Assembly: GCF_036321535.1 (NCBI RefSeq)
Contig: NC_087437.1
Span: forward strand, 19,532,001 to 19,596,000
From: Camelus dromedarius
Taxonomy: Eukaryota
Direction of reading: 5' to 3'
DNA length: 64,000 nt
Notes under the pieces: model-generated
The model's database searches: none
The model's input: the letters and a program-made list of their open reading frames with translations, nothing else
Told to the model about the DNA's origin: nothing
Program-made: the position numbers and the translations under genes
Part shown: one piece after another, positions 37,565 to 51,520 of the stretch
Position numbering within the stretch: the first letter of the stretch is position 1
Layout: each line of letters starts with the position of its first letter

Positions 37565-37710
37565 GAGGCCTGCTTCATGGGTGCACAACCAGTGCCGTCA
37601 CACAGGGCCCTGCATTTAGAAGGGCCCCAGACTTAGAGTTCACTGCTCTGTGGTTGCCATTATGAAATTCATAATAACTCGTCTTTGAATTTGCATTCTG
37701 TAAGCAAAAG
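37565..37710 (+). mobile_element. MER45-like hAT-Tip100 fragment
   Basis: 'gcttcatgggtgcacaaccagtgccgtcacacagggccctgcatttagaagggcccc...tgaaattcataataa'. Confidence 0.75.
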
Positions 37711-38636
37711 GCATGGATACAGGGAACAATGGAGCAGGCACCCAAGGCTGACCCTCAGCTCACATTTGGTGCCACCTTTTGCGGCCTCCCTGCTTCACTG
37801 GGACAGATTCTCAGCAGCCTGTTCCCTCTCCCTGGGAGGCTTCTCTCCCAGCATCCCGGGCCCTGCTTGGCCTCCCCCTTCCACCCCTGCCCTGCTCTGG
37901 GTGGTGACCGGCTTGCGTGGCTTGGAGGAGTCCCATGCTGTGCTGTCATCCTCTGACTACCAGGAGGGCCTGGGTATGGCCACAGGGAGGGTGGGCGCCC
38001 CATGGTGTCTCGGGGAGGGGGCAAATGGAAGGTGTTCTGACTTGGGGCTGGCAGCGTCACAGCACATCGAATGTGGACGGACTTGCAAGGGTCCCTCTGT
38101 CACTTTCAGGGTGGCTGCCGAGCTTGGTGTGGAGGTGGAGAAAGTGCAGGGAGTTCGGCTTGCAGGTGAAGGAGCTGTGTTGAGGCGGGGACAGAGAAGG
38201 GTTCCGGACCTCCTCTCAGCATCATGCAGGTCGGCACTGATGAGCAAGGCAGGGAACTCCACTCTATTTTCTGAAAAAGTCACTCTATAAGAATCAATAT
38301 TTAAAGAAGTGTTTGCAGCCTTGGAAGGGAGCACCTCACGGCCACATGTCAGTCACTGCAGGAGAGGGCAGGAGACGTGGGCTAGCCATGTGCCCAGGGA
38401 ACCATCAGCCAGCCTCCGCCAGGGGCAGTGCGGGAGTGCAGGAACACTGTCCAAGAGGGAGCTGGTAGCTTTTTGAGTAGAAAACCTGTAGTCTCCAAAA
38501 GTATGTCAGTACTTTATGTACTGTAATGATGAGAGAGGGATGTGTCCCTCTGGGGAGAACATGTTTTATTTATTGCTGCCCTTTGCACTTATACGTATTG
38601 TCACCCATTACTTAGCTCATTTTAAAACAATGTAGT

Positions 38637-38841
38637 GCTGGGGGTGGGGTGGGTGGGAGGTATAAACTATTGGGTATAAAACAGGCTCAGGGATGTTTTG
38701 TACAACATGGGGAATATAGCCTATATTTTGTAATAAGTGTAAATGGAAAATAACCTTTAAAAATTGTATAAAAATTTGTAAAAATTAAGAAAAAATAAAA
38801 ATTAAAAAAACAACAAAAAAGTTAAACTTAAAAAACAAAAA
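38637..38841 (+). mobile_element. Short L1 3' end with A-rich tail
   Basis: G-rich tract, 'tacaacatggggaatatagcc...taacctttaaaaattgtataaaaa'; 14-bp TSD TAAAA(C/T)AATG(T/A)AGT at 38623-38636 / 38842-38855. Confidence 0.85.
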
Positions 38842-39149
38842 TAAAATAATGAAGTAAAATCAAAAAATAAAACCACCTACATGTGTGTCCGTGTGCTTCA
38901 CAAGTGCCAGGGGACACTGGCAGGCTGTGAGCCCGTCCCCACCTGTGAACTCCCGGTCCAGTGGGGAGACAGTGACCACGGGCTGTGCAGCATTTCATGT
39001 GCCCGGCTTGAGTCTGCCTGGAGGGGTTGTGTGGAGGGAGGCAGAGAAACTTCTGGCAGTGTAAACAGGAATCAGGAGAGACCTCAGAGGAAGCAGGAAC
39101 TGAACCCTGAGAGATGAGAGTTGAAGCATTGAAGCATCAAGTTTTTAAA

Positions 39150-39300
39150 AGCATAGAGTAGGTGCTGAAAGAGATCTCAGATCAAAATCCTAGCTCTGCC
39201 ACTTGCTAGCTGAGTGACCATAAAGAAGTTACTCAACTTTTCTATACCTCGGTTTCTTCATCTGTAGAATGGGTACAATAAGCCATACTTCGCAGTAATG
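39150..39300 (+). mobile_element. MIR
   Basis: 'aatcctagctctgccacttgctagctgagtgacc...cctcggtttcttcatctgtagaatggg'. Confidence 0.85.
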
Positions 39301-40374
39301 TAACAACAGTTCTCAATACGCAGTGTCACATGTGATCACCTACGGGTGGAGCAGGGAAGGCATTCCAGGCGTGGGGAGCAGTGAGGGCACAGGTGAGTGG
39401 TACTGCAGACCTAGCGCTCCAGGAGAGCTAGAGAGCTGGGTGTGCAGGTAAGTGTGGGGCAGGGCTGGAAGGCAACGAATCTGGATGAAGGGTGCTTCCG
39501 AACGGCCTTACAGGATGGGGCAGGGAGTCTTTGAGGGGTTTTATACAAAGAGGTGGCAGAGTCACTGAAGCACTGGCACCTGTGTGTGCTGGAAGGCCCC
39601 TAAAAACATCCTTTTTGGCACCCTGTGCCCTGGCAACTGTAGCTGTGGAGAGAGGTTGAAATGAGGGAAAGCACGGCATCTTGTCCTTTCTGCTGCCATT
39701 GCCTCGACATCGCCCTCTCTGGGTGGTACGTGGCTGTCAGTCGGCACGTCCCTGGAAGGACAAATGGTATCCCAGCATTGATACATATCCCAGGAAAAGC
39801 CTCTAATGGAACCGTTTCATTCCAAGTGAGCCAAGAGCTGGCACAGAGAGAGAAGTTGAGCCTAGTTCACTAATTATCCCAACTTCAAAACAAACAGAAG
39901 ATACAAGCTCAGCACACGGTGAGGGGAAAGCATCAACACCGTCAACAGGAAGGCACGGGAGCCGTATGCTGGCCACGCTCCACCCATGCAGCTCCTTCAG
40001 AAGCCGGCCATTCACCCAGCGCCGTCGGCGGATGAGTGGCAGGGAAGCACACATAGGATCAGAAATGGGCAGATGCATCAACTCTACCGCGACTGCTGTC
40101 ACGGGGGCCCCCATCTCCGCTGCCTGTGTAGCTGGCAGCTGCTTGGCCAGGTGGGAAGGCTGACCCACGTCAGGGGCACTCGCTGGCTCCTCTCTTCACA
40201 ATCTCAGGGTCTGAAGAGTGCCAACTCTGGGATCAGGAGTGCTGGGTGCAGGTAGGGGTCAGTTCTGCCTTTCACTGGATCCCAGGGGAACCTCAGACAG
40301 TTTGATTAATTTCTCTGACCAGCTATCCCTCAACTAAATGGAGAAAATGATGCCCACCCCGGAAGTAAGTATGT

Positions 40375-40590
40375 CACTCATTCTTTCAGCAAATATTTCT
40401 TGGGTACTTACTCTGGTCCAGGTGGTGTGCTGGGCCCAGGAGAGGGGGGATAAATAAGACAGGCTGTCAAGGAACTCCCAGTCTAGCAGGAAAGGCAGCC
40501 CCATGAACAGGAGTTTGTGCTGGGGCTTCATGGCTGTGAACATCTATCCCAGGTTGGGAGGTGATGGAGGAACTTTCTTAGAAGGTCTCC
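40375..40590 (-). mobile_element. L2 3' end
   Basis: 'cactcattctttcagcaaatatttcttgggtacttactctggtccagg...caaggaactcccagtctag'. Confidence 0.75.
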
Positions 40591-43500
40591 ATTTTGGTGT
40601 GAAGCAGGCCACAGGTCACGGGTGGAGAGCAAGGGGCATGGGGAGACGGTAGGAACTTAAAGACTGTGGGAAAGGCGTGGAACGATCGACGAGGAGAACA
40701 TCAGAAGCCGTTGCCCAGGGGTGGCCAAATGGTGGCTAAGAGGCTGGCTGGGACAACTGAAGGAAGCTGCGCGTGAGAGCAAGTGATAACCAGCTAAAGG
40801 CAACCGTGCTGTCAGTTTGTGCTGACTGTCATGTCGGTACTGACACTTTTCTTTGCGGAACCTCCGTGGTATACTGGTTGGCTAAAGCAACTTCCCCGCT
40901 CTGTGTTCCCTTATGCACTCATGTGTCTTCCTGCCCTGTCTGTCTGCTCACGTGCTCCTGTTCCTCCTCTCCATGAAGATAAACCCACCTCATCCTTCAG
41001 GATGTCACTGTTGCTTTATCTGTTGTGTGAGTACCTTCCTTTCCATCTGGGGGTGCAGGAGCCCTGGCGGTCAAGGCCTCCCGCTTGGCTGCTTCCTTAT
41101 TCCCTTGGGTCTCTCTTAGGTGGCCTCTAGACTCCCAGGTGCACTCCTGGCCCAACTCTGAGAAGAATCGATAGGAGATCTTGCCTTCAGAGAACCAAGT
41201 GATGAGACGGGAGATGGACCATCTCAAGGGCTGTCATGTCTGAGGAACCAGGATGCTCCCGGTCCAGCAGGGGTCGGGACCACTCCTTGTCCATCTCTGG
41301 ATCCCAGATCCTGGTGCACACAAGGAACTCTGCTTCCTCCTCCCTCTTTTCCTTTCTTTCCCCTTTGATTCCCTGAGGCCTTTGCAGGCACAGACACTAT
41401 GCAAGGACCAGAGGAAGCACAGTTGGAAAGACCTTGTTTTCAAAACCCCACAGTCTTCACTCCTCCAGTTTCTGGCATATGGTTGCCATTCCCTAAATAT
41501 TTGTCAATCTGAATAGAGGTTTCTGCTGAAGAGACACTTCTGACCCCTGGGGATGAATCCCCCAAATTTCCCAAAGCACAGATGTTTCTAGAGTGCCACC
41601 AGGAAGGACTACACTTTCCACTCTCCAGGCTCTAATCTGCAGAGTATGAGATTAATGCTGAGCTGTGGGCCTGGGTGGAGGGCTGACTGTCTTCGTGCTA
41701 TTTGGGGAAGAAGAAAGCAGGACGGTTTAAAACAGGGGGGCCTGACAGAGAACAGCAGAGACTCCAGCCCCACCAGAACACATGCGGGATAAGGACCTCT
41801 TTCCCTACGAGAAGGATAGATCCAAACTCCCCAGAGGGCAAAGAGATTCAGGTGGGAGGGGTGTCTTGGTCGGTACAAATGCACTACCCACTGCTTCCCA
41901 GGCCCCGGACGAGCAGAGTGCTAGGAACGCCCTTACTGATAATTTTGCTGTCCTTTGAGGGAGGCACCATGACATGGCAGACAAGGGAAGATGGACCTTG
42001 GAGAGGTGAGGGCTGGTGAGTGGTGGAGCCTGGATTCAAGTCTGGGTCTGCCTCAATCTCTGTCCCATGTTCTTAACAACCACCTGCAAGTTGGAAAGAA
42101 CTTAAAGCATTGCTGGAATCCATGGGACTTACTAGGTCAGGTTAACAAATCCACTGAGAATTATATTTGGTTTACTATACATCTGCCACCTGCCACCTGA
42201 GTGTCTGGGGCTGAACAGGGATGGGGCAGGTGGGGGAGGGACCAGGTCAGAAGGAGGAGAAGGCCCAGTCAACAGGTGGTCTGGGACACCCACCACAGCC
42301 CCAGCCACATCAAGGAGGACCTGCAGGTCATGCGGAGGAATGCAGACTATTCTGGGGGCAGGAAGGCTCTTGCAGGGTTTACAGAAGGGCCAGGCAGTTA
42401 AAATGAGAATTTGAGAAAGACCACTGGATGGGAAAGGTGGCAAGGCTGGAGGCTGTCAGAGAGGACTCTATCCTGTGGAAGGTTCTATGCTGGGTGCTAT
42501 GGGGAAAGAGGCTTGGAATATTTTGATGCTGCCCTTGCAGAGCTGGGGACCAGACCTGGGCAAATCCCCAGTAGACGTTCTAATGCTATAGGTGAGGAAG
42601 GCCAGGGGAGGGGGCAGAAGAGACCTCCAGAAGAGAGAGGGGTTATGCAAGCAGGGGGGCTTCCTGAAGGAGGGGGCATTCACGCTGAGCACTGAAGGAA
42701 GGAGAAGGGTCCGAGAGGTCAATCCCGGTAAGGTGAAGCGGGCCAGGGTAAGGCACCAGGAAAGGCAAAGCTTAAGGGCACAAGATGAGGCTAAGACTGG
42801 CCAGGTTTTCTCTTTGGCCAGAGGAGAGCAGAAGGAGACGTAGCTGGAGTGGGCGGTGGTCTGGGGCCTGCTGAGGAGCCTGGGCTTTTGTGGGAACAGA
42901 GAGCCTCAGGAGATCTCTGAACACTCTGGGGTATTGTGGGGATAGGCTGGCAGAGGTGGCTAGGGTGGGCGGGCACTGGGGCAGCTGGTCCAGTGGAGAA
43001 AGAGCCCACACCCTGTCGGAGGAGGAAATTGGATACGGCTACACGTTTGGCGGCAGTGGCAGCTACAGGTGCTGGGGAGGTGGGGGTGCGGTCAAAGGGA
43101 AGAAGCTTGCCAGCCTGTGATGGGCGCTGCACACGGGGCGCTAGAACCACAGAGGCTGTGCCGTCCCAGGGGGCCATGTGGCCTGGATCAAAGAACGAGG
43201 GCTAAACAGCCTGGCTTCTCTTCCTCCTGCCTTCCTCATTGGCTGAGCCAGGTGGATACTGGCCGATCTTGGAGCTTGGGAAATGCAGCCTTCAGAGGCT
43301 GCTTCCCTGTCTCACAGAGCAGAATCAGGGAAGAGGAAGTAATGGATCCAAGGGAAACCAGTTGCAGAAGCAGCAAGACGAGTGTGGGCCTGTTTTGTGA
43401 GCCCTGCCCCCCACCCTCAGTCTAAGGCTGCTCAAATGACAGGCCCTCCATGGGTATGCTGCCGTGGACTGATGGACACCCTGACTCTTGTGCTCTGGTC

Positions 43501-44039
43501 CTTGGGGGCCATCTTTGGGGGCCATGGGGTCCTGGTGTGCTGGCCCAGCAGGCTGGTGGTAAGAGAGGATATGGGGGGGTGACTCCCAGGGGAAGGATGA
43601 TCAATGAGTTCTGGCCCTTGAGCTCCAGGTCTCACCCCTCACCACCTCTGGACTCCTCGCTGCCCACACCTCTCACTCCCTTTCTGCCCAGTCAGCATTT
43701 TCCTGTCTTCACAGTAATCACCATTGACGGCTATTGACTTGTGGTGACAGGGCTAAAATCTGAAGGTGAGGGAGTGAACAATTTCCTTCTGTCTGTGCTG
43801 CCTCTGATGCAGCAAGGTGAGGTGTCTGAATCGTCTCTTGTCTAAATCTGAAAGCCCAGCGTTCCCTCACCTTCCATTTCTCCTCCTTCTAAAGAGACCA
43901 TCTTTGAGTAGCAGGAAAGGATCACCTCCTCCAGAAAGGCTTCCCTGACTGCTCCAGCCCACAGTGGTTTTCCTCTTCAAATCAGACATCAGGTGTGTTT
44001 GGCATCAACCCTTTCATGCCAGGACTAGGATATCTCAAA

Positions 44040-44218
44040 GCAGAGTTCCCCAAACTGGGCGTGTGCCACATCACCCAGAAGGCATGTTGAACCATAGCCC
44101 ACTCGGTCCCAGCCCTCTGATTCAGTAGGTCTGGATGGGGGTGCTGAAGAATTTGCATTTCTGACAAGTTCTCATGCTGCTGATGCTTCTTTCTGGTCTA
44201 AAGTGATCATTACTGCTC
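44040..44218. mobile_element. MER5A/B hAT-Charlie
   Basis: 'ctgattcagtaggtctgg...gaatttgcatttctgacaagttctc...tgctgatgct'. Confidence 0.8.
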
Positions 44219-45049
44219 AGTGGGCCTATGCCATTTCCTTTATGACCCAGTAAGAGCTTATGGGGCAAAGGGACTTTATTGGGAATCTTGCTTCGTGCTC
44301 CTTTGGTAAGAGCAGGTGCTTGAGAAGTCATTGCTCATGTATTAACTAAAAAAGATTATTTTTCCCTTTGTGAGTGGCAGGGGAAAAGAAGAGAGGAGAG
44401 TTTAAGGTTATTGGCTGAGTTTTACGATGCTGTAAAACCTTGAAATTTACCCTATAAAATGGCTCTGTCTCCTGCTGTTAAATGAGTTAATATGTGAAGT
44501 GTTTAGAATAATATCTGCAACGTGTTAGGTGGTACAGAAATGCTTATTATTATTACTGTTGGCAGGGGTGGGGCATTGAAATTCTGCCAAACCCCTTGAC
44601 TGGAGTGTATCAGGACACACGTGGAGACAGGAGGGGCTGCCTCCCTTGGTCTGTTTGAGATTCTCTCTCTTCCTGGGGCGAAATACACCGAAGTGTCAGC
44701 AGCACCTACCTTTCGAAGGGTGGATTATGGATGAGCTTTATTATCTTCTTTATACTTCTCTGCACTTCCCTAATTTTCTACTGCAAACATGTATTATTAC
44801 AATTATAAGCAGAAAAATGTTATTTACAAAATCCTGGGCCTCTCCAGCACGACAGGACATGAGACGCAATTTCAATACAGTAGGCTGAACAATCACGTCC
44901 CCCTGAGCCTGAATAACGTTCTCTCTGGGGCTGGGGGCTACAACTGAGTTGTTCTTTATTTATTCATTTATTCACTTAAAATATTCATTGGGTATTTGGC
45001 ACGTGTTACCCTTGTTCTAAGACTCAAAGGTACAAAGGCAGAGAAGCAA

Positions 45050-45535
45050 GAGGCTAAGGGCATGGCTTTTGCATCAGCAATACTTGGGGTCTAACCCCAG
45101 CTCTGTCACATGCTCCTTGGGTGACTGGATAATTTCCTTCCCTTCTGTGTCTCAGTGTCCACATCTGTAAATGGGGATCATAGTACCACCTTCCGTACAG
45201 GGTCTCTGTGAGGATGAGCTATGAGGAAGCAGCCAGCACTAGCTGAATGCAGGCTGTTATACCGGCGTCCCTGCTCTGAAAGCCGGCTGATCCCAGACAT
45301 TCCAGTGGTGTGGTGACATCAGGGATCCCAGGACACCCATATAGATGGATTTCTCTCCTCCCACAGTGTTAGGTTCGATGGGAATCATCACCCTTGTCTT
45401 TGAGATGAGGACTGTGAAGGCTGGAGGGTGAAGGGACAGACTCAGAGCACCACACAAACCCCCCAACTCCTGCCTGACAGGGACCCCCATGTCACATCAC
45501 TGGGCAGATAAGGTGACATGGCATCACTGACCTTC
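45050..45535. mobile_element. Two MIR fragments (45050-45255 +; 45345-45535 -)
   Basis: 'tctgtgtctcagtgtccacatctgtaaatggggatcatagtacc'; 'gagatgaggactgtgaaggct'. Confidence 0.7.
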
Positions 45536-46119
45536 TCAACGGATGGCCTGTCTCTGTGCTCCGCATCAAGGAGCTGAGTCAGTTTGGCTGTCTTTGGTAC
45601 AAATTCTCCAGCTCCAGTGTCCACTAAACAGAGGGAGGTCTTCCTTCCCAGGGAGTGATGGCCAGAGGAGGGGTTCTTACTCAAGGCACATGGAGCGCAT
45701 CTCACAGCTGCCACCGCAGAAAAGAGGCCCCACGGCACCGCGTTCAGTGCGCTGAGATGCAGCAACCCTCCTTAGAGGCTGACAGCTGCCACCTGCAAAT
45801 AAGTATTTCTATATAAGGAGCATATGAAGCCTAAAACACTAATGAAAATATCCTTCAACATTAATAATGTGATTAGACAAAACTGAACAGCAATGTGGCA
45901 TGTTGAATGAAAAAGGGGGCGCCCTGGGAACGTGAGAGTCAATGGATTGTGGAAGGTTTGCTTGCTTCAGGCAGAATATGTGATTTTGGAGAGCGGGGTG
46001 TCACTCTGCCAAGGGAGAGACCTGGTGGGTACATCAAAGGCCACTGGTGTCCTCCCCAGAAGGGAGCAAACGTAGAGAGGTGGAAGCCCAACCTACCAGC
46101 AGGGCAGGTGAGCCCCAGG

Positions 46120-46300
46120 CTGTGGTCCCAGCTCCAGGGCTGACCAGCTGTGCAGCCTTGGATAAGTCGTTCAGCATCTCTGAGGCTCAGCATTCTCACC
46201 TGCACAATAAGAGGAGTAATGACATCATCACAGGGACGTTGGGAGCATGAAACTAGAGAGCACTTGAAGTTGCACAAGACCTAGGGCAGGTCATAAATAT
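46120..46300 (+). mobile_element. MIR fragment
   Basis: 'ccagctgtgcagccttggataagtcgttcagcatctctgaggctcagcattctcacctg'. Confidence 0.7.
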
Positions 46301-46559
46301 ATACGGCATTTTTAGAATAAATACAAATTTGGTGCTGTTCCATGTATGGTGTTAGAGGCTGCAGTCTTCCCCAGATGAATTTTTTCAGGTAGGTGGAATT
46401 TATGTGGGTTTTCTGGTTCCTTCTTTTATCCAGAAGGCTCTTTACAATCTATTCCTCGCCTCTGCCTTCTTAGATGCTGCCTGCTGTTTGTTGCTATTTT
46501 GTTGTTTTATTTATTTGTCTTCTTGCTTCTTTCACTATGAGACTGTCAGCTGCCTTTTT

Positions 46560-48740
46560 TTTCCTTGTATTTTTCCTTACGGAAAATTTAAAACATACAC
46601 AAAAGTAGAGAACATGGTATAATGCACTCCATTTATCCGTCATCCGGCTTTAATAGCTATCAACTCATAGCTAGTCCTTTTTCCTTTATACTCTCTCTAC
46701 CCACATTCTTCCCATCCCACTCCAGGTTATTTTAGAGTGAATTCTAGCTTTGTATCATTTCTTTGCTAAATATTTCAGGTTATACCTCTATAAAGTGAAA
46801 GCTCTTTAAAAAATCATAGACACGATACCATTATCCTATCGAAAAAATTAGCAGTAATTCCTTAATTTCATCAAATAACCAATCCGTGCTGAAATCTCCC
46901 TGAAAGCTCCATACATATTTTTAATAGTTCATTTGAATCATGATAGAAATAAGGTCCGTATATTGTGATGGGCTGATGTAACTCTTGAGCCTCTTCTAAT
47001 CTATAGATTTCCTTATATTTGTTGCCTTGCAATTTATTTGTTAGAAAGACTGGTCTGAATCATTTGTCCTGGAAAGTTTCTCGCACAGTAGATTTTGCTG
47101 ATTGTATTTGTGTGGTAGAGTTTAATGGTTCCTCTGTTGCCTGTATTTCTTGTAAATTGGCAATTGGGTGTAGAGGCTTGATATATTCAGGTACAGCATT
47201 TATAAGCACTTCATAGGTGGGCTGCGTGCTCCATCAGGGGGCACGTGGTGCCTGGCTGTCTCTCTCGGTGACAGTGATGCTCACTGCTTTCACCATTAAC
47301 TCATCAGCAGCGGCAAAATGGTGATACACCAATTCTATGATGCTGTCTTTGTTTATTAACTGGTAATGTCTATAAGTAGATGCTTCTCTTCGTCAATTCT
47401 GCAGTTACCCCAAGGGATAGTTCATTCAGGAGGAGCAAGTTAACGTTTGATTTCCACCCCCACTCCCCTCACCAGTTTTTAAGATAATTAATCGTTCATC
47501 TGTGCCTTCCAATGATGACTAAATCATTTATTTTTGATTTGGATTGAAGTGTATTTGATGTCTCTGAATCTCTCCCAGTCATTATCAGTACTAAAGTTCA
47601 GATTGCCTCCCCTGGGCCAGTGGGAGCTTTTTTGAGTTTGCTCCTGAGGGCTTTTGACCTGGCCCTAGAAGAATGTGATCGCGTCCCTACAAGATGTCCT
47701 GGCCTCATCTTCAGCAATCCCGGCCCCAGACTGTTAATTAAAAATTTCCCCAAGGATTCTTAGTTTCTTTTTGTAGGAAATGGGCTTGAGGGGTGCTTAA
47801 TGTTGCTGGTTTAGTCCTTGTTTAGTGGACAGAGATAGGACAAAAATGCATGTATATAGATTTAAAATAAAATACTATGAGATAATGCTGCTGCTATCAA
47901 ATCAGGTTTAGGATTATGGAATTTTATTTAACCTCATTGATCTTACATCTATATGCTTTTTCTCTTATATTAAAAATATCATTTCTCAAGGTCACCAGAT
48001 AATGACTCATTTGCTTTATTGTACAACATACACACAATAGTCTAAGAATAACATTACAAATATCACCTTTAACATTATAATTCAAACATCAAACGTGGGT
48101 TTTAGAATTTTATGCGGTTCTTTTTGTCCTTAGGATATATTCCACAAGGAATGGATGGAGAGTCAAATTGCTATGTTATAAAATCGGATGGAGTAATCCC
48201 TTTCTGTGTGGTTATTCTGCCAACTGAGTACAGAGTTAAGTTCACTTATTTCAGTTTGCTTTTGATTTTAAAGGACTACTTTTTGAAAATTCAATTTTAT
48301 TTTATATTTAGGTAAAATATTTACATGGTTCCAAAACTGAATCTATAAAGCAAGGTATAGATAGTTAAAGAAATCTAGCTCTGTCTTACTTTTTGAATGT
48401 ATGCTTTTTTGTTGTTGTTGTTTTTTGTTTGTTTGGGGGGAGAGGTAGTTAGGTTTATTTGTTTATTTTTAATGGAGGTGCTGGGAATTGAACACAGGAC
48501 CTTGTGCATGCTAAGCATGCTCTGTACCACTGAGCTACACCCTCCCCCAGCTCAGAAGTTCTATTACTTTTAATAGAAGCAAACATGTTTTATATATTTA
48601 TCAATCCTCTTTTTGTAGCTAATTGGTAGCACACTATGCCTTTTCTCTACCTTCCTTTTTGCACTTAATGTATCTTAGAGATGTCTCCATAGTAATATAT
48701 GGACTTACTCCTTCCTTTTTATATATGATACCACCTCTTG
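46560..48740 (-). mobile_element. Long old L1 3'UTR (L1MC/L1MD-like), interrupted by a SINE
   Basis: 'aaaatttaaaacatacacaaaagtagagaa...gtataatg', 'aattccttaatttcatcaaata', 'tggccagtgggagc'-type and 'ctgtatttcttgtaaattgg' motifs. Confidence 0.75.
48405..48548 (-). mobile_element. Camelid SINE (Vic-1 type)
   Basis: Reverse complement GGGGGAGGGTGTAGCTCAGTGGTAC...CCTGTGTTCAATTCCCAG; T-rich tail. Confidence 0.9.
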
Positions 48741-50019
48741 TCAGTATCACTCCCGCTGCCTCTGGCAATCTACCTTCTACCTTAAAGTGCTGAGTCTGTG
48801 CTTTGGAATGCAGATCTCCCAGCTTACAAAGATTGTGTGTTAACTAAGAGTTTACAGGTTCTGAGAAAGGACCCAGGGAGCTCTATAGTAAGGAGTGGGT
48901 CTGGTTTTCCTGGTAGGTAATGTGGTTGCTGAGTCTCTAGTACAACATTTGCTACTCAATAAAAATTCGTTGAATTGTTTCAAAATGTTTTTGACATCTT
49001 TACAATGAGCAGTCGTTGTAGCAATAGAACTACTACATTTACATCAGACTTAACCAGAGCATTTGGTCCCTCTGGCTGGCAAAGACATTGGTATTTGAAA
49101 AATCATTTATTTTGCTATTAGAATTTCCCTTGGAAAACCTATCATTTCTGGGGATCATGCAGGCTTAAGGATAAAAACATCATTTGGTAAGACTCATTTT
49201 AATAAAAGTTCGTATTGTAAGCCACGAAGGGGCTCATTGTTTTTCTTCCTTAGCATTATTTGACTGACTGATTGATTGATTCATCTATTCATGTGTTCAC
49301 TTAATTTATGAAAGTTTTTTGTGCATCTACTGCACCACGTTGGAAACTGGAACTGAGGGAGTTTCCCTTCTTCCTCTGAGCCCATGGACCTCTTTCCTTA
49401 TCTGCCTGGAACTTTCCTATATGACCTGTCCATTCTCAGACCCAGACACTGATTTCTCCTTCTATAAGGGTGTGTTGAAACCTGGGCAGGTGGTGAGGAC
49501 TGGTTCATGTTTGTAAACATTTGTTCAGATGTAAGGAGAACACTGGATGCCTTGCGTCACGTGTGCTCGGTTCATCCTGCTGAAAACATCTGTTTATTTC
49601 TTGTAGTTAAATCTTGAATGGACTCAGGTCAAATATATTCAGGTCTTCATAAAATACTTGGGCATTTTTTTAAATGAAAGCTTTCATGGGTTAAGCATTA
49701 AAAATGTAGCTGTTTGTGGCCTGAAAATAATTGGCCCTTTTCTAAATATAAGCTCTTCTCTGTTTTCGCCCAGCTGACAGCGTCTTTAGTTCTGGGCCAC
49801 GGCTTGCCTTGTCTCAGAACCTGCTCTTTGTTCCATGACATCTGAGCGGATTGGGCATCATACTGCTATTATAATGCTGTAGTCTTCTGCTTAAAGCAAT
49901 TTGCTGGTAAAGGCTGTTGCAGATTGCTCCACACGCACCTTAGCCTGTGTTATTGAACTGCCCCTTGGGGTTACTGTGAGGAGAGTGCCAGGGGGATAAG
50001 CACAAACTGGTACACAGAT

Positions 50020-50285
50020 TCACGCATGTGCATGCTCACATGCACACACACACACGTGTGCACACGTATAAACACGCTCTACCTGCTCACACATGCACAC
50101 ACTTCTGAACACTCACATTCATTCATATACACACTCACATCCCTATGAATACATGTAGACCCAGGCACACACACTCACATCCATAATCCCACATTCCCAT
50201 GCATCCTTACCATACACACTCATAAAACACACTCTCACAGACACACGGGCACACTCCCGCCCAGGTTTGAATAAACGCATACACT
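50020..50285. repeat. Degenerate (CA)-rich tract
   Basis: Interrupted cacaca/catgca repeats. Confidence 0.75.
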
Positions 50286-50378
50286 TATATCATTCTTCAT
50301 CATTAAAGATGTTTGAAATGGTCATCTGAGATGGAAGCTTATTCTATTTTTCCCAACGCTACCCTCTCCACTGGGTTC

Positions 50379-50535
50379 ATTTGCACTTAAAAAAAATTTT
50401 GTCGGGGGTGGTAATTAGGTTTGTTTGTTTGTTTGTTTGTTTGTTTGTTTATTGGTTTAACGGAGGGACTGGGGATTGAACCCAGGACCTTATACTTGCT
50501 AAGCACACATGCTACCACTGAGCTTTGCCCTCCCA
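50379..50535 (-). mobile_element. Camelid SINE (Vic-1 type) with (GTTT)n
   Basis: A and B boxes on the minus strand; 15-bp TSD CT(C/T)TCCACTGGGTTC at 50364-50378 / 50536-50550. Confidence 0.92.
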
Positions 50536-50699
50536 CTTTCCACTGGGTTCTGAAACCAGATATCTGGATGGAAAGTCACCTGTTGCCACTAATTTCATCC
50601 TGAGAAGCCTCCTGGGCAGCAGGCTCTTGATGGCTCAAACCCAAGGAATTGGTTTTGCAGGAAACTCTGTGCCCAGAACCAGTGTCTAAGAATCAAGGG

Positions 50700-50830
50700 T
50701 AATATTCTCTGCTCCCCCGCTTGGGAAACTGAGGCAGAAAGAGGCTCTGGGATTTGCCCAAGGTCATCCAGGAAGGTCACCGGTATGTGAACAGAGGCCA
50801 GAAGCCAGTTCCCCTGAAATCAGTCAGGCT
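50700..50830 (-). mobile_element. MIR fragment
   Basis: 'gggaaactgaggcagaaagagg...gatttgcccaaggtca'. Confidence 0.75.
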
Positions 50831-51520
50831 TTGAGCTGATGTGACTTGCTCAGCACTCCCAGGACAAGAGGCTTGTTTTAGGGTTTCTAAACCTTCTCTA
50901 ACATTAATGATTTCTTTAATCAAACTCACTAGTTGTGTTTTTCATTCTCTAAAATGACCCCTGGAATAAGGCCCCTTACAATGTTCAGAGGAAGAAGCTG
51001 TATATTTGGCATCTCATTTATCAAACTTTTATGAAGTAGCAATTACGGGCACACTTCATGAGCCAGGCATGCTCTGAAATTGCTGGGAGTGTAATGTTTC
51101 TGAGCACTATTTCACTGCTGTCTCTCTGAGTGATAGAGAACGAAACTGATCATACAAGTGAGACTCTGCCTTCAGAGAGGAAATTAAAGAAATGCTTGCT
51201 TAATGCAAGTCCTCTTCCGGGAAGACTAGATTTACACTGATTCTGCGCTCTGGACAGAAGGGGTCTAAAATTCAGACCCTCACACCCTGCGGGGGCCCCT
51301 CCCTGTGCCGTATCAAGTGGAGCCACGAAACATGGCCAAATCAGACCTGCCCTGAACGCCATCCCTCCCTTAGCGCCTCTTTTCAGTCTCTCCTTCTCAT
51401 GGATTTTGAAGGAGCTGGAGAGATGAGGTTTCTTTTCATTAAGAATCATTTTGCATTTCTCTGAGTACCCTGGGGGGGTCTCCTGTGTCAAACTCCTGCC
51501 AACTACTGTTCTGTTAACTT

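Noticed and set aside
37685..38290. 201-aa ORF
   Set aside because: Starts inside a MER45-like fragment at a non-ATG codon; no recognisable homology.
47231..47247. CTCF-like CCATCAGGGGGCAC plus CACGTG
   Set aside because: Inside an old L1 3'UTR with a core mismatch; no independent support.
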